Source of the DNA: Rozella allomycis CSF55
Taxonomy: Eukaryota
Length of the DNA stretch: 64,000 nt
NCBI GenBank assembly: GCA_000442015.1
Contig: KE561209.1
Span: 431,607-495,606, forward strand
Direction: 5' to 3'
The position numbers were made by a program, and so were the translations under genes. How positions within the stretch are numbered: position 1 is the stretch's first letter; each line of letters begins with the position of its first letter. The notes under the pieces were generated by a model. That model had not been told where the DNA came from, did no database searches, and saw only the letters and a program-made list of their open reading frames with translations. Below, piece by piece: positions 27,101 to 40,626 of the stretch.

Positions 27101-29255
27101 ACCGCTGAACGTTCAATTTAGTGATGATGGCTTGAATATATCGATACGTGATATCAAAATTGATTTTTCTAGCAAAACCAAAATTACCAGGGTAAATAAT
27201 GCAAAATTTCCAAAATTTTAGACTAATAATTCAGAAATTTGGGTTGATGGTGATAATGTGTATTTTAAGCTACCTACTTTTACTACAATAAATCCAAAAC
27301 AGGATTATCGATTAATATACACGTTTAATTTGCATGATGCACAAATATCAGTAAAATCAGTTTTCAACACTGAAACACTAATTTCTACTGTAAATGATAA
27401 AATTGAGGTCAATGAACTATTTTATAATGCTTTTTGTCAAGAAATGGAGAGTATACAATCAAAGCTTGACGAAACATTTAACAATATGAAAAAATCAACT
27501 GCTAGCATATCAAATTCAGTTCAATTGTTATCAGCGGCAATAAAGAAAGAGTCGAATCCTATTCATCAGATGCTGACAACTAAATCTTTTCCATTTTTTA
27601 GTAGGGATCCAATGTTTGGACCAAAGTTATTTCTCGTCAAGGAAGATGGATCAGCCATTGAGTTTCTAAAATATGATGACCTGATCCCCTTTTTGGTAAA
27701 GGAAGTTGCAAAGGACTGTCACGTGGTTGAAAAGCCACTTGAAGAATCAGATGGTATTTGTTTGACCTTTCTTAAAAAGAAAAATGACACCAAGAATCCA
27801 TACATTTTATACAGACAGGTAATTAATTAATTTAAGAAACAAAGATAATTTATTATCCACCTTGTTCTTTAACAGAAAAGAAAAGTCTAGTTGAAGATTT
27901 GAATATTCTGGAACAAGAATGGGCAAATGAAGATTTAAAAAGCAACCTAGCTCTAAATGAACATCCTCCAACCTTTAGTTTTGTTACATTTAGTGGTTCG
28001 TCAATGACACATAAAGATATTTTACAAAAATATCATCAGATTGAATTAAATAAAAAGGCACAACAAGAAATTCAAGCTAAATTAAAGAGAAAATTTAATA
28101 AAGAAAATCGTCCAAATAGTTCATTAATTCATCGTCAAAGTTATTCATGCACCGGAAGGGATAAAATCAACTTGGACAAAAGTTCAAAGTTGGAAAACAA
28201 CAAATTGCTTGGTAAAGTTTGGTCAAACTATTGTCAACGAATGGAAAAGGCCAGAAAGAATGTATGTTATTTTGATTCAGAAGCAGGAAAGTCATTTTTG
28301 AAGAAACAAGTAGAATTTTTCTATTATTTTAAATAGCAAACAAATAAGCCAGTTGAGAAATTACCTGTATCTAATGTGCTACCAATTTCTCCGCTGGAAT
28401 TGGCATTGCCCGTGGATTCATTTAAAAACATTCCCATTTACATTCCAGATTCAGTTAAAGATTATAGAATAGGAAAGATTGAAAATCAAGAGGAATTAAA
28501 ATCACAGTTGAAAGCTCCAAAGAAACAATTAGAAAAACAACCCTTGAATCAAAAGCAAGAATTACCAAAGAAAAAGAAAGTTTCTCTTGTCTATGAGAAT
28601 AAGAATTTAAAGTTGCCTAGCTACATGAAATGTGGTCAACCTGGGCTTAAACTAAACGTTACCTTAGAAGGCCCTGTTCATAAAAGGCTTTATACGGCTT
28701 CAACTGCCTCCATCAAAAGTAAAGCATTGAAAATAAATTATATTCTAGGCGAAAAATTGGCGCAAGGCATTGTTTTGAGTCCTAATAAACTCGACTTTGG
28801 CATTCTTTGCCAAGGCTTTAAATATCGCACAGTTTTGAATATTTATAACGTCGGAGTCGATTCATGTAGATTCAAAATCAAGCCTTTTCCAAAAGACAGT
28901 CGAATAAAGTTAACTTATGACCCGGGCCTAGTAATACGAGTTAGCTTTGAAATTATCATAGATCGCCGCTGGAATGTCAGTTAAAGTAAAAGTTGATTTA
29001 GAAACATCACTTCCAAATCCTCAAATGGTCTCATTTGATTTTAAAGACTCGATTCAGATCGATACAGAGTCAATGTCTCTTCAAGTTCCAATAACTGCAT
29101 GTAATTTGATTTAAATATTTTAAATAGTAATGTTAAGATTCAGTGCTTATGATGAAAAGAAGAAAAAAGAGAAAAAAGCACTACATTCCAAGGACATAAA
29201 GCTCATTTCAGCTGACGGTCAAAAAGAAGAAATACCCATTGATGAATTGTATTAA
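24104..29255 (+). CDS. SPAG17: Sperm-associated antigen 17 / PF6-like flagellar central-pair protein
   Basis: GDEP.EGP, VTRGD...VEYPNSTKITT, PKLFLVKEDGSAIEFL, and C-terminal PapD-like LDFGIL.QGFKY...NVGVDSCRFKIK; about 11 introns. Confidence 0.75.
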
Positions 29256-29357
29256 TAAAATTCATAAAGAAAAAGTTAAATATTTGTTTTGAATTTGGCT
29301 CAAACATTAACTCCTTCTAGTCGTATTTCAATATTTCTGAAATTTTCGGCGCCATTT

Positions 29358-31038
29358 ATGGATTTTGAATTCCGGTCTGATCTCTCAACTTCTCCTATTC
29401 TGGACGATCCTAATATTGAACATGACTTTTTTGATGAGCTAAAAGCTGAACCTGAATCATACCTGAATTGTTTGCCAAGCAAAATGGATGAAATTGTGGT
29501 TAATATTTCTGAAGCGCACAGACCCATTTTAATCCCTCCAGTGGAGCTAGATGCATCTTCTGAAATTGACTTAAATTTAGAAAATTTTGTTAAACGCCAA
29601 GTAATAGAAGTTGAAGAAGAATTGTCATTGAAAGACTTGAACGAAAAGGGATCAACTGATGAAGGTATGTCATATATTTAAATTATAAAAAAGCTTCTGT
29701 TATTCAAATGCCCTCGCCGATACCGTCGGAAAATGCAACGTCCTATTTGTTTAATAACCACAGGCCTATTACAGCGAATTCTGATCATAGTAAGTAAATT
29801 CTATTACAAGCATAGATATTCAAAAAACATTAAATGATTTAAAAGAGAGGGTAGAGCGGATGGAGTTTGAAAAGAAGCAATCAGACATTGAAATAAAGCA
29901 CCTAGAATGGGAGAAATTAGACCTCCAAAAAAAATTAGAAGAAGAAAACATTAAAAGGGAAACTGAAATGAAAAATAGAAAGCAAATACAAAGTGAATTT
30001 TCTCAGACTCTTCCCACGGCGATGAACTCCTCGAATCCATTCTTATCAAGTGAAAAAATTGATATACCAAAAAGAATTGAAAACAATTCTATAGTTTTTG
30101 ATATTTTAAATGACGGAAACAAGGAAAAGGACAAGACTATTAAAGAGCTCACTGAGAGACTTTCAAATGCAGAAAATGAAATTAAAAGGTTGGAGAATTT
30201 AATAAAATCAATGCAACGCGATCAAATTCATTTTGAAACCTCTGAAAAAGAAACTCCATTATTCTCCGTCCCATCCAGCAAAGGGGAAACATTGGAATTG
30301 CTGGAAAAAGAGATTCAGAAAGAAAAAGAGCATCAACAGCAACTGTTAAATAAAGTTGAAAAATTATCTCAAAATTACAAATTGTCAAATCCGGTCAATA
30401 AAGCAAAACACACAAAAGTTGTATCAGTTAATAAAATGGCATGGATTGATCCTAAAGAAGCAAAGAAAACAAAGATTGGGCCACCCAAAAAGTCGAACTC
30501 GACAATAAAGTCTTTTGAATCTTTTAAAGATAAAATTGATAAATCATACCCTGTGCCGCTCGCTAGTCGAGCTCAATCGACGACTTCCTTGAATAAAGTG
30601 CCATTCTTGGTGGGGAAAGTATGATTTTATATTTTATTATTTTAGAATCCAGGGAAATCACATTCAATCGTTGCTCAAGCCCAACAATCGCTTGGCCAGA
30701 AAAAGCAAAAGTCTGAAATTTCGTTAACAAGCCATAAATTATGCCCGCCAAGTCAGACATTAAGACAAATAGAGGATGACTTGTTATTACTCAATAAAAC
30801 ATATCAAAAAACATTATTAAGATATCAAAATTTATCCAGATCATCAAAGCCTGATCCCTTAGCCTTTGACCATCTGGAAGAGCAACTAAAGGATCTTCTA
30901 GAATCAATGGATGCGAAAGTAACTTAAATTTGTGAATATTATCAGGGAAAACAACTTTTGACGATTTCAAGTTTGGTAAAGAAGAATAAAAAGGAAAATA
31001 TTTTTAAACAAATGCTTAAGGCAAACGATCCTCAATAA
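29358..31038 (+). CDS. CEP57: CEP57/translokin-like centrosomal coiled-coil protein
   Basis: VPFLVGK-NPGKSHSI motif and a C-terminal microtubule-binding-like helix (IEDDL...LKDLLESMDAKGKQL). Confidence 0.6.
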
Positions 31039-31087
31039 AATGTATTTTTGAACTTTTGAATTTATTTATCTATCGTGGTTATTAATA

Positions 31088-32440
31088 TTAATCGTCCCAA
31101 CCGCCAATGTCTTGAGTAATCCCTAACCTTGAATTTTCTTCCTTTTCTTCAATTTTATCCATTTCTTTGTTTACGGTAACTTGCGTTACTAAAAATTCTT
31201 CATTATTGCTTCCTGATTCAACGTTTTTTGGCGAAATATTTAATTCTTCGTTGGACGCGATTTCAGGTTTTTCATTGTTGTCTTTACTTGATGAAATTAT
31301 CTTGTTTCTCTTTTCAAGTTTCTTTTTTCCCGTCTCATTTTCATTCATTTTAAAGTTTTTAACATTATTCCTTTTTGAGAATTCTTCGATATTTTCAACG
31401 CCTACATTGCTTGATTTTTCGTTATCTTTTTCATCTTTCTTTATTCGTTTAACTCTACTTTCATTTTTACCCTCTCTATCCGATGGCTTATTTTTGTGAC
31501 CGCCACCCCTCTTCAGCTCCATAATGTTTCTCTTCAATTTTCGTTGCAAAAATTTAGGATCAAACCTTTCATTATCCAAAATTCTCAACGATGGAACCAT
31601 TTGTTTAATCTATTTAAGATTACTCCCTTTGTTACCTTTTCCTTGTAATTTTCGCTCAATTTATTTCCTTTCACGGTAACGTTCACAAGCTTGTTCAATG
31701 TTTTCAAGAAATCAATTTTCTTAATTTCGTTTGAACCAACTTCCAATATTACTAGACTATTCAAGTTGACTTTGATTATGCTTACCAAGTGGGCAGCTCT
31801 GCGTTAATTTCTTTAATTTTATTCTTGTTGATTCTAAGCTCCTTCAACTTTTCCATTAGGCTCAAGTCGGGAAGTTTTATGATTAAATTATTAGAAAGGT
31901 TCAGTTTTGTCAATGATCTGCATTTCTCTAAACCAGAAAGATCAGTCAATGCGTTATTAGATAATACTTTTATAAAGTTTACGTTTAATTATTACTTAAA
32001 CATTCTAAAGTTGCAGCTAATGCGGCTACATTGCTGGTTGTTTCCAGCTGATTTTCATTTAAGAGCAGCACTTTTAAACTGGAAAGATTACAAATTTCTG
32101 CGGGAATATATCCAATGTTATTCCCAGTAAGTTTTAAAACTTTTGTTAGTGTTATCAGACTTTTACTCATAAGGTTCTTTAGTTTGCATAGATTAGTCAT
32201 ATCAGATAGTTCACAGTATGAAAGATCCAAGTCTTTTAAATTTACTAGTGATATTAATCCAGCCAAATTCTGTGATTTTCTTAGAGGGTTGCTTTTTAGA
32301 ATCAATCTTCTCAGGCTGGTGCACTGTGAAACATCTTTAACAACTGCTACTTCCTTGTTTGTGGCATCTACAAAATTGATTTCTTCCAACTCTTTTTCTG
32401 AATTCCAGCCTTTAATCAAAGATGTCGTTAATTCTAACAT
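31088..32440 (-). CDS. SDS22-type leucine-rich repeat protein with charged C-terminal tail
   Basis: Repeated LxxLxLxxN; LRR cap VPSLRILDNERFD; 3 introns. Confidence 0.75.
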
Positions 32441-32509
32441 TTTTATGGCCAAGCCACACTTAGACAAAATGAAAGGAAAACAGCATTTATATATATTTAA
32501 ACTAGTTTA

Positions 32510-33554
32510 TTATATATAAAACAAGGCCAAAGAAAACAAAATTGTTGCTCCAATTGGTGAAAACGCGTCGGCAGCGCTTGCACTCAGAGTGGGGACATTT
32601 CCAGTAGTAATGCTGTCATCTGCCAGTTCCGAATTATTTCCTTTATCTGAGCTGTTACCAGTATCCGTATCATCTGTGCTTTTACCACTATCGGTATCGT
32701 CGGTGTTAGTATCTGTAACCTCTGGATCATCTCCATGTGTACTTTCCTCGTTAGAATCAGAATTTTCGTTATCGTAGCTAGTCTCTTTGCTCTCGTCATC
32801 GTTTTCGCTCACTGAGGCTTGACCTTCTAACGTATCAGCTACATCTTGAAGATCGGACAAATCGTCTGAAATCAACTCGTTATCAGAAGCAACATCAATT
32901 TCACTATTTGAAGTATCGCTTTTCTTGGCATTTTCAAATTGATTTGGACCTTCATTTGATTGAACTGGTCCCATATTTTCAACTTGTTTAGGAGTTGGTT
33001 CAGTTATTGTGGTCGTTGTTGTGACCGTTTCAGTTGGTTCATTGAAATCTTCAGTTGGAGATGCATTCTCGCCATAAAGTTCTTCTTCCAAGGGTGAAGT
33101 TTCTATTTCACTGTCAGCTTGCTTTGACGGTCCCTCTGCTTGTTTTGAAGGGGTTTCAGTTGCTTGTTTAGACGGTGCCTCTGCTTGTTTTGAAGGAGCT
33201 TCATCTGCTTGTTTTGAAGGCTTCACTTGCTTGTTTTGAAGGAGCTTCACTTGCTTGTTTTGAAGGAGCCTCGCTTGCTTGTTTTGAAGGAGCCTCACTT
33301 GCTTGTTTGTTTGTCTCGTTAGCCTTTTTGTGAATGTTAGGTCCAGAAACTTCATTCGCTTCGACCATATTTGAATTATCTTTTCCATTCAAGTCCGTAC
33401 CTGATGCGAAAAGGGACAAAGCTTTGTCGACAATGACTTTGATTGATTTTCTGATGTCAGCTTCGGACCAATTTGAATCACTATTGGGCCGAGGGACTGG
33501 CAACGTGAATACAACAGCCAAAAAGAAAAGAATGACTAAACGCATTTGATGCAT
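32510..33554 (-). CDS. Secreted, probably GPI-anchored acidic surface protein with KQASEAPS repeats; frameshifted in this assembly
   Basis: Signal peptide MRLVILFFLAVVFT; D/E/S/T-rich body; hydrophobic C-terminus after small residues. 2 nt are missing at 33220/33221. Confidence 0.7.
33115..33310. repeat. 21-24-bp coding tandem repeat (EAPSKQA[S])
   Basis: About 8 copies of GCTTGTTTTGAAGGAGC.TC. Confidence 0.9.
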
Positions 33555-33631
33555 TCCCCTGTTTGTAGCGAGCTTTAGGGGGTGAATCTAATTTTAGCAA
33601 TAATGTCAATAAAAATAGAGATTTAATTTAT

Positions 33632-36473
33632 TTATATCAATTGGTTAACAAACCGAGCAATTTCTTCTTTAATATAATTATCTTCACATAATTCCTGAAT
33701 TACTTCCCTATTTTTTTCCGTTGACTCACTTTTCTGAAGGTAACTGTGGCAATGATCAATTTTAGCGATCAAATCATTTAAGTTTGACACCTTGATTTTC
33801 TTTTCATTATTTTCCACCAACGAGGCTTTTCTTTTTGCCAAAGCAAGAACCGGGGTAGGGAACTTTGCCAATTTGGCAACATGAATACCAAAACTTTGAT
33901 CGCAAACACCTGATATAAATTTTTTAATTATTTTACCTGGCTTTACTTTGTAAAGAAGAGTAATCTTTGAAGTCTCAGTGAAGGCTGAAACATGAAAGTT
34001 TTTTACGGTGTTAATTTCTTTTTGAAGAACAGCCAATTCGTGGAAATGAGTAGCGAAAAAACAAAAGCAGCCAATTTGAGTGGCAATGTAGCTTGCAATG
34101 GACCAAGCGAGGCCAAATCCGTCATACGTGCTGGTTCCTCTACCCAATTCGTCAATGATAACAATTGAGTTTTTCGTTGCAGTCTTTAAAATGATTGATG
34201 TTTCCAACATTTCTGACATGAAAGTCGAAATTCCTTTTAGTTGATGATCACTAGCGCCAACTCTGGCTAAAATTGAGTCCCTGATGGATATTGTGGCTGA
34301 TTGACATGGAACAAAAGAACCAATCTGAGCCATCAACACAATTAATGCTGTTTGTCTTATAAAAGTACTTTTTCCTCCCATATTTGGCCCTGTTATAATG
34401 TGAAAAACACTTTCATCTTTTATAAATTGAACGTCATTGGCAATGAATGAGACATTTTCTTGTACCTCCAAACAAGGGTGTCTACCGCCATAAATTTCAA
34501 TATTCCCAAAACCCAATCCAGTAATTTTTGGTTTAACGTAAAAAGAAGAAGAATTTGTGACCAGGGTGGCAAATGACAAGATGACGTCAATGTAGGCAAA
34601 CCAATTATTGAGATTTTCAAACACCGAATGATACGTAGAAACAACTTTGACGAGTTCCTTGACGAGTTTTCTTTGCTTTGATTGAAAGTTATCTTTTAAT
34701 TCGATGATTTGATCACTCAAGGACTTTAATGTCTCTGTAGTCAAGTAGATCCCATTCTTTTGAGTGGCTAGTTCTGTGTAGCTTGATTTTCCATCTAGGT
34801 TGGTCCAATCCTTTTAAAATATAAACATTATGATTACATTTCTTGATATTCTAAAGAAATGACCATAAATTGGATTGAATTCTAATTTTATCTTTTTGTA
34901 AATTTCCAAGTGAAGGTCTTTGGAAGCATTTTCCAATTCAGGCTCCATTTGAAGCTCTAGAGAATTTATTTCTTCTTGAATCTCGTTTAATTCATCATCA
35001 AATGTTGATTTTAAAACGTATTCATGTCTATCTGCTTTTTCCAAGTCAACTGTTTGTTCAATGAGCTCTGCAAACTTTTGAACATTTTCTATTATTGTCA
35101 CTAGTGGGGAAACAAACTCGTTGAAAATTAATTCTTTGTGAATTCCCTCAAAGGTCATTAGTCTATCCCTGATGGGTAATAGGGACAATGCAACTTGATA
35201 CAAACGAATTAAATCCTAATTTTCTGCTTAAATTAAAAATTACTTGAATATTGGCGCTTCCTTTAAGTAGTTTCTTTACCATCCTTTGTAAATTGGGCGT
35301 TGTTTTGAACTCTTTGTTTCTTAAAGCATCTTTGATTTCAAAATTTCTAACAAATGCTTCAGTGAGGTTTTGTCGTTTTTCTATTTCAATGCAGTCAATT
35401 AGAGGTTGTCTAATCCATTGGCTTAGCAGAATTGACCCCTGTTGAGTGCAGCACGAATTTATTAATCCAAACAACGAACTTGTTTTTATTTCATCTTTAT
35501 TTGTAGGAAATAAATTCAAAGCGTGCATCGCTGCTGAATCTAACCTCATAAATTTATTGATGGGATAAATTTCAAGTTTAAAATTCTTATGATTAAATTG
35601 ATCAGCTATTAAATGAAGATAATCAACAAGACAATTCAAACAATCCAAAGAATAAGAATATTCTTCGCTGCTAGCCTTAATAACAGGAATATCTTCTTCT
35701 TTTATCAATCTACTCAATTCCTCTTCATTAAAGTCATAAAATTCTGTAACAAAGCTCTTAATGTTTTACTCTTCTTCCTTTCAGTTAATAAAATAGCCAA
35801 TCTCTCTTCAATCATCTTTTTCATTTTCCGGTATTCCAGAGATGAGTCCAAAGGCAACACTACCTCTTTAACTCCTAATTGAATAAGCAACGCTTCGGTG
35901 GTCGTAAATGAATCATTGGGATCTAAATATTTTACAATACCAAGTTTTCTCGTTGTCGTGTCCACAAACGCTGCATTCCAATACTTTTAAATAAATCAAA
36001 TGAACTTACAGGCTCATTGAATAAAAGGCTTATCACAACCGCCCCATCATTAATTTCAGTTTCACTGTTCAGCCAATCATTTTCAAATGCAACCATATTT
36101 CCAGGTGACGCCTTTTATAGAATCATCCATTTTTATTTACTTCTTTGATGCATTTATATTCTCCCCCTGCCTTATTATAAACGCGAACTCTCTTCCCATG
36201 TGTTAACAAACAATCTCGTATAAAACCATCTGCTTGTGCTCTGCTAAAACTAACATACACACAGTCATTATAAAATTTTAAAACAGATGTAGTATTGAAC
36301 AAGTATTCTGCAACAAATTGGGCATCTGAATCATGAACAGTAAAGACATCGCCACGATCAAAAAACAATATGGCGTCTTCTTTCTGTTGCCTCAAAGTTT
36401 TAAATACAGTCAAAAAACTTGAATCGAAAGGAGAATTCAAAGCTTGTGTGGATTTTTTAGAATACTGTTGCAT
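33632..36473 (-). CDS. MSH2: DNA mismatch repair protein MSH2
   Basis: FFDRGDVFTVH..DA; MRLDSAAMHALNL; GRHPCLE; TGPNMGGKSTFIRQ; DELGRGTSTYDGFGLAW; DQSFGIHVA. Confidence 0.95.
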
Positions 36474-36538
36474 AAAAGGGTGCGCTAGAGTGGCTAAGAC
36501 GTCTTCTTTTAAAAATTGGGAATGATGAAATTCTAATT

Positions 36539-38710
36539 TTATTCTATATTATGTTTCTTTAGTAAATCTTTTTTCAAGTCTTGGTCCAAATAGGTTTCAA
36601 AACTTTGTCTGGAAGTTAATGAATATGAACCAAGATTTGTTTCATTTAGAATGGAGCTTTGATTGTCAAGAGGTTTGTGTCGTTGCATGCAGAGTACTGA
36701 ATTATAGAGGTTCGAATATGCTTGAACTGGACCATTTTTTCTGACCCAAGAGTATGTCGCCGCTTTCCAAATATTCGTCAATGCCCATATATCCTTTTCT
36801 CTAGTCGTTAAAGATAACCAAAATTCGTTCATTTGATTTAATGCCCTTACCATCGAGGAATAATCATTCTTATTGAAAACAAATGCATTGAATACGAAAG
36901 GTGACCATTTTGGTCCATTCCAGCAACGAGGGCTTGTATCTCTATGGCCTTCGATGAGATGCTTTATACATGAATCGCTTTCCATCATAAACTTGTCATA
37001 TAAAGTCTCATGTCTACTAAATACGGAAACATGTTTCTTGAAATTTTCGTTATACGGGATGAGAAATCTTTTCAATCCACCCACACCTGTTGTTAGAACG
37101 ATTTGGCCAAACAGAAGAGCCTCAAGTCCAACCAAACCAAAAGATTCTGTAAGTGATGGGATAAATGCAACGTCACTGGCTGCTCTTACAATAACACCAA
37201 TATCATCTTGGATCTTTGGACTATCAATAATCCACAATGACGCCGGGTAAAGAGACTTCATTCTTTGAAGGTATAAGCGAGTATCGGATGACCATTGTGA
37301 TTGGCCCATTAAAATTAGTAGCCATCTTTGGTGCATAAATCTCAAACGCTTATTATGATATTCAAACGCGTCTAATGTAGATTCAATGAAATGAATTCCT
37401 TTATCATGAGTGAATCTACCAATAAACAGCATCCATTTAGCTTCTACCAAATCATCATTTTTCAAATAGCCTTTATGCAACAGGAACTCTTTCATACTCT
37501 TTTTCACTTCGAAAATGCTGCTGCCATTTTTCAAGTTGAAAGGATATTTTATGGGCAAAGATGCATGGAAAAATGGATTTAAAGACGAGTCCAATCTATT
37601 TTGGTCAGTGACTTGAATTGCATTCTCTATATCATGAATTCCTTTTTTCAAAATAATATTTTGCACATTCATCTTTATATGATTATAATGGTAACCACCA
37701 TTAACTCCTGTAAGCAGAATATCTTTGGCGTCTTTTGAAACGGTCGTAATGCTATGACTAAAAGCCATTCCTATCAAAGATGGATGGACACCAGAATTCA
37801 GATCACTAAGATGTGTTTTTAGCACTTTTAATGGAAAAAATCGCTTCAATATCTGTACATCCAACCTAAACTCGAATTCCATGGATACATCGTGAAGTGT
37901 GTAAACGAACTTGACATTGTCTCTTGAACTTTCAACACGAAAAAGAGAAATCAAAGAATTAGTAGCTCCGTGAAGATGAACAATAACATTTTCATGTTCC
38001 ATGATGGAAATCATAGAGTATATAGATCTATTAAAAATAACATCCTTCATATTTCTTTTTAAAGGCTGATTATAAATCATAGAACTGTCTTTGGCATCAT
38101 AAATGTGAGCTAAGCTTTTATGGTATGGGGCACCTATCAGTAGTACATCTATCCCAGTTTTCTGGTCCTTGACTTTGTAAATTGGGACAAGGACTTTAGT
38201 TGTTTGGCAAGTAGAAGTATCCTCACAATCATCAGATATTTCAAAGTTGACTTCACAAAAAATATCCAAAAAGTCATAAGTCTTTTGTAAAAAAGAATAA
38301 AATGGAATGGCGACTAGCACATCATCGCCTTTAAATTCGGTCGACTGCACCATAGCCAATGCAGTGACTATGGAGCCCAGACCGCCAACTTTTGCCACAC
38401 TGAATTCTCTTGTAACATGTATAATTCTTCTTGACGGTATTCTGCAAGTATCGAAGGATTTTCTATAACTTTCACAGTCAAGGCATTGGACGACAGCATC
38501 TCATTACGTAAAACAATCACTTTTACCTTTATGAATATTCAAGAATCTGGTTATTTCATGACGATTATTTGTTAAAAACAAGTTAATAAAATAGACCAAG
38601 AAAAAAAGAAAAAATGCTCCAAATGATTTCCGGCGAATTGATGGCCTAAATTTAAGGTCTTTCCTGATGTCAAAAAATTTAGCAAACTTTGGTCTAGAAA
38701 GGTTGAACAT
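36539..38710 (-). CDS. GT5-family (starch/glycogen synthase-type) glucosyltransferase with N-terminal signal anchor
   Basis: IIHVTREF..AKVGGLG; FIGRFTHDKG; IPSLTESFGLVGLEA; VGGL. A 27-nt intron at 38500-38526 joins the transmembrane exon in frame. Confidence 0.8.
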
Positions 38711-38834
38711 GTCTATGTTCTAGATTGTTTGTTTACCCTTTAACATAACTGTGGCTTAGGAAGTAATTTAACTAGATCCACTGGACAAATTTAAAAATAA
38801 GATATTCAATGAATAAAAGTTTATTATTTGAGAA

Positions 38835-39677
38835 TTATTGGGCAGATTCGAGATCTAAATTATCCATCCTCATCCTTTTTCTAGCTAGGTAGCGTTCTCT
38901 GGCATTATTGATAGTGGCGACATCGTTATTTTTAGTCTTCAAAACTTTTTTTACATCTACATCGCGATTAATATTATTATGTGCAAGATTCTTTTCTAAA
39001 GATTTGTAACTCAAAGGCAAGTGTTGTATTTCCTTGGTTTCAGGTTTATAATCAACGAAAATTGAAGCGTCTGAGTTTTTATCCGCAATTTTACTAGCCA
39101 CGACTCTTGATTGCTCTGTGGTAGATTTATCATCTGGTTTGGCGTCTAAGCTATTGATAATTCCTTTGTAAAACATGACCATGTCTTTTCGCTCATTACG
39201 TTCTAAATCATCCTTAATTCTTTCATCCTCCACCTCTCTTTCTGCTTTCAGTAGCTTTTCTTTATATGCAGGAGTTATAAATTTCTCTGTTATGTTTTCC
39301 TGTTCTGAAGCTATTTGCTTCTGAATTTTTCTTTCAATTACTTTATTTCTCTCATTTTTTCTATCCTCTGCAGCCTTCTTTAGTTGTTCTATGTATTTGG
39401 GTTGTTTGGATTCCTTTCTAACAACCTCTGGCTTGGAATCTTCATAAGTTTCATCATAGTAATAAATAGAATCATTTGTATCACCGCAATTATACTTTGT
39501 GACGTTTTTCATCTTCAAGGACATATAGTTTACAGATGCCAAGTCTTTATTGACTTTGCCTTTAAAATCCAAATCTATATCATTCTCATTATCTTGCGAT
39601 GAAAAAAGATGAAGTTTTGTTGTTGTATTTTTGTTTGGTTTCCCATTTTTGAATGACAAAGATATCCCTTTGTTCAT
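38835..39677 (-). CDS. NSRP1: Nuclear speckle splicing regulator NSRP1/CCDC55 (DUF2040)
   Basis: IYYYDETYE, PKYIEQL.KAAE.RK, EKFITPAYKEKL, ARERYLARK. Confidence 0.85.
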   Translation of the reverse strand: MNKGISLSFKNGKPNKNTTTKLHLFSSQDNENDIDLDFKGKVNKDLASVNYMSLKMKNVTKYNCGDTNDSIYYYDETYEDSKPEVVRKESKQPKYIEQLKKAAEDRKNERNKVIERKIQKQIASEQENITEKFITPAYKEKLLKAEREVEDERIKDDLERNERKDMVMFYKGIINSLDAKPDDKSTTEQSRVVASKIADKNSDASIFVDYKPETKEIQHLPLSYKSLEKNLAHNNINRDVDVKKVLKTKNNDVATINNARERYLARKRMRMDNLDLESAQ

Positions 39678-39693
39678 TTAAGAAAATTCAGAC

Positions 39694-40419
39694 ATGACAC
39701 AAGACATCAATTGTGGCGATTTTAGTGTTTCTCTTGAATGCGATTTATGTGAAGATTCTTTGTCACTTTTATTTGAACCAGATTTTGACTTGTCATGCAC
39801 AACAGCGTTTAAGGTGTGGGAAGGTGCATTGACTTTGGCAAACGTCCTATCTGAAGCAAAAAACAACCAACAAAAAATTGAATTAAAGAATGTTCTTATG
39901 AAAATTTTTAATGATACGGGTTTATGTGTAGAACTTGGGTCCGGTACTGGATTTTTGTCCATCTTACTTGCCAAATTAGGAGTAAAGGTAATCGCAACTG
40001 ATATAAAGAGTGTTTTACCCAATTTAACAAGAAACATTAACATAAATTGTTTAAACAGTAAAGACATATCATGTCAGACCCTTGACTGGTCAGTTCCTTT
40101 ATCTGAGCAGTTTGACCCTTTCCATGCAGTATACTCTTCACCAATAACAATATTGGCTTGTGAAACAACATGGCTGAAATCCCTTTCTGAAAGCCTAGTT
40201 GTGACGGTAGATTCTCTATTGTCTATATTTCCAAACCGAAACAAATGTATTTGGATTTACAAAGAGAGGGGAAATGAAAACAGTCGTGTATTTACTACTC
40301 TAAATGAGGTCATTTATTTATTTGAGCGCAAAAAATGTTTAGTCGTGGAGCTAGATAGGATACCAAGTGAAGAAGACGAAGGAAAATTTGTTATTTTCCA
40401 TTTAATTATGAAAATATAA
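39694..40419 (+). CDS. Methyltransf_16 protein-lysine methyltransferase (METTL21/EFM-like)
   Basis: KVWEGALTLA; VELGSGTGFLSI; VIATD; LDW. Confidence 0.8.
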   Translation: MTQDINCGDFSVSLECDLCEDSLSLLFEPDFDLSCTTAFKVWEGALTLANVLSEAKNNQQKIELKNVLMKIFNDTGLCVELGSGTGFLSILLAKLGVKVIATDIKSVLPNLTRNININCLNSKDISCQTLDWSVPLSEQFDPFHAVYSSPITILACETTWLKSLSESLVVTVDSLLSIFPNRNKCIWIYKERGNENSRVFTTLNEVIYLFERKKCLVVELDRIPSEEDEGKFVIFHLIMKI

Positions 40420-40626
40420 CTCGAAAATTCAATAAAGTGTTTTGCATGCACGTAATTAGGGTTAATTGATGTTATTTATTAAGCTTGTACAGAATATGTT
40501 TTGGAAACTGACAAGTTACTAATCGGTTCCGGTTTAAGACGTTGAATCTTGTGTAGACCTTGATCACCCTGGTGATCATGATGATATCTTTCCGATACAA
40601 ATTAATTTAGGCGTGACGAAAGACAT

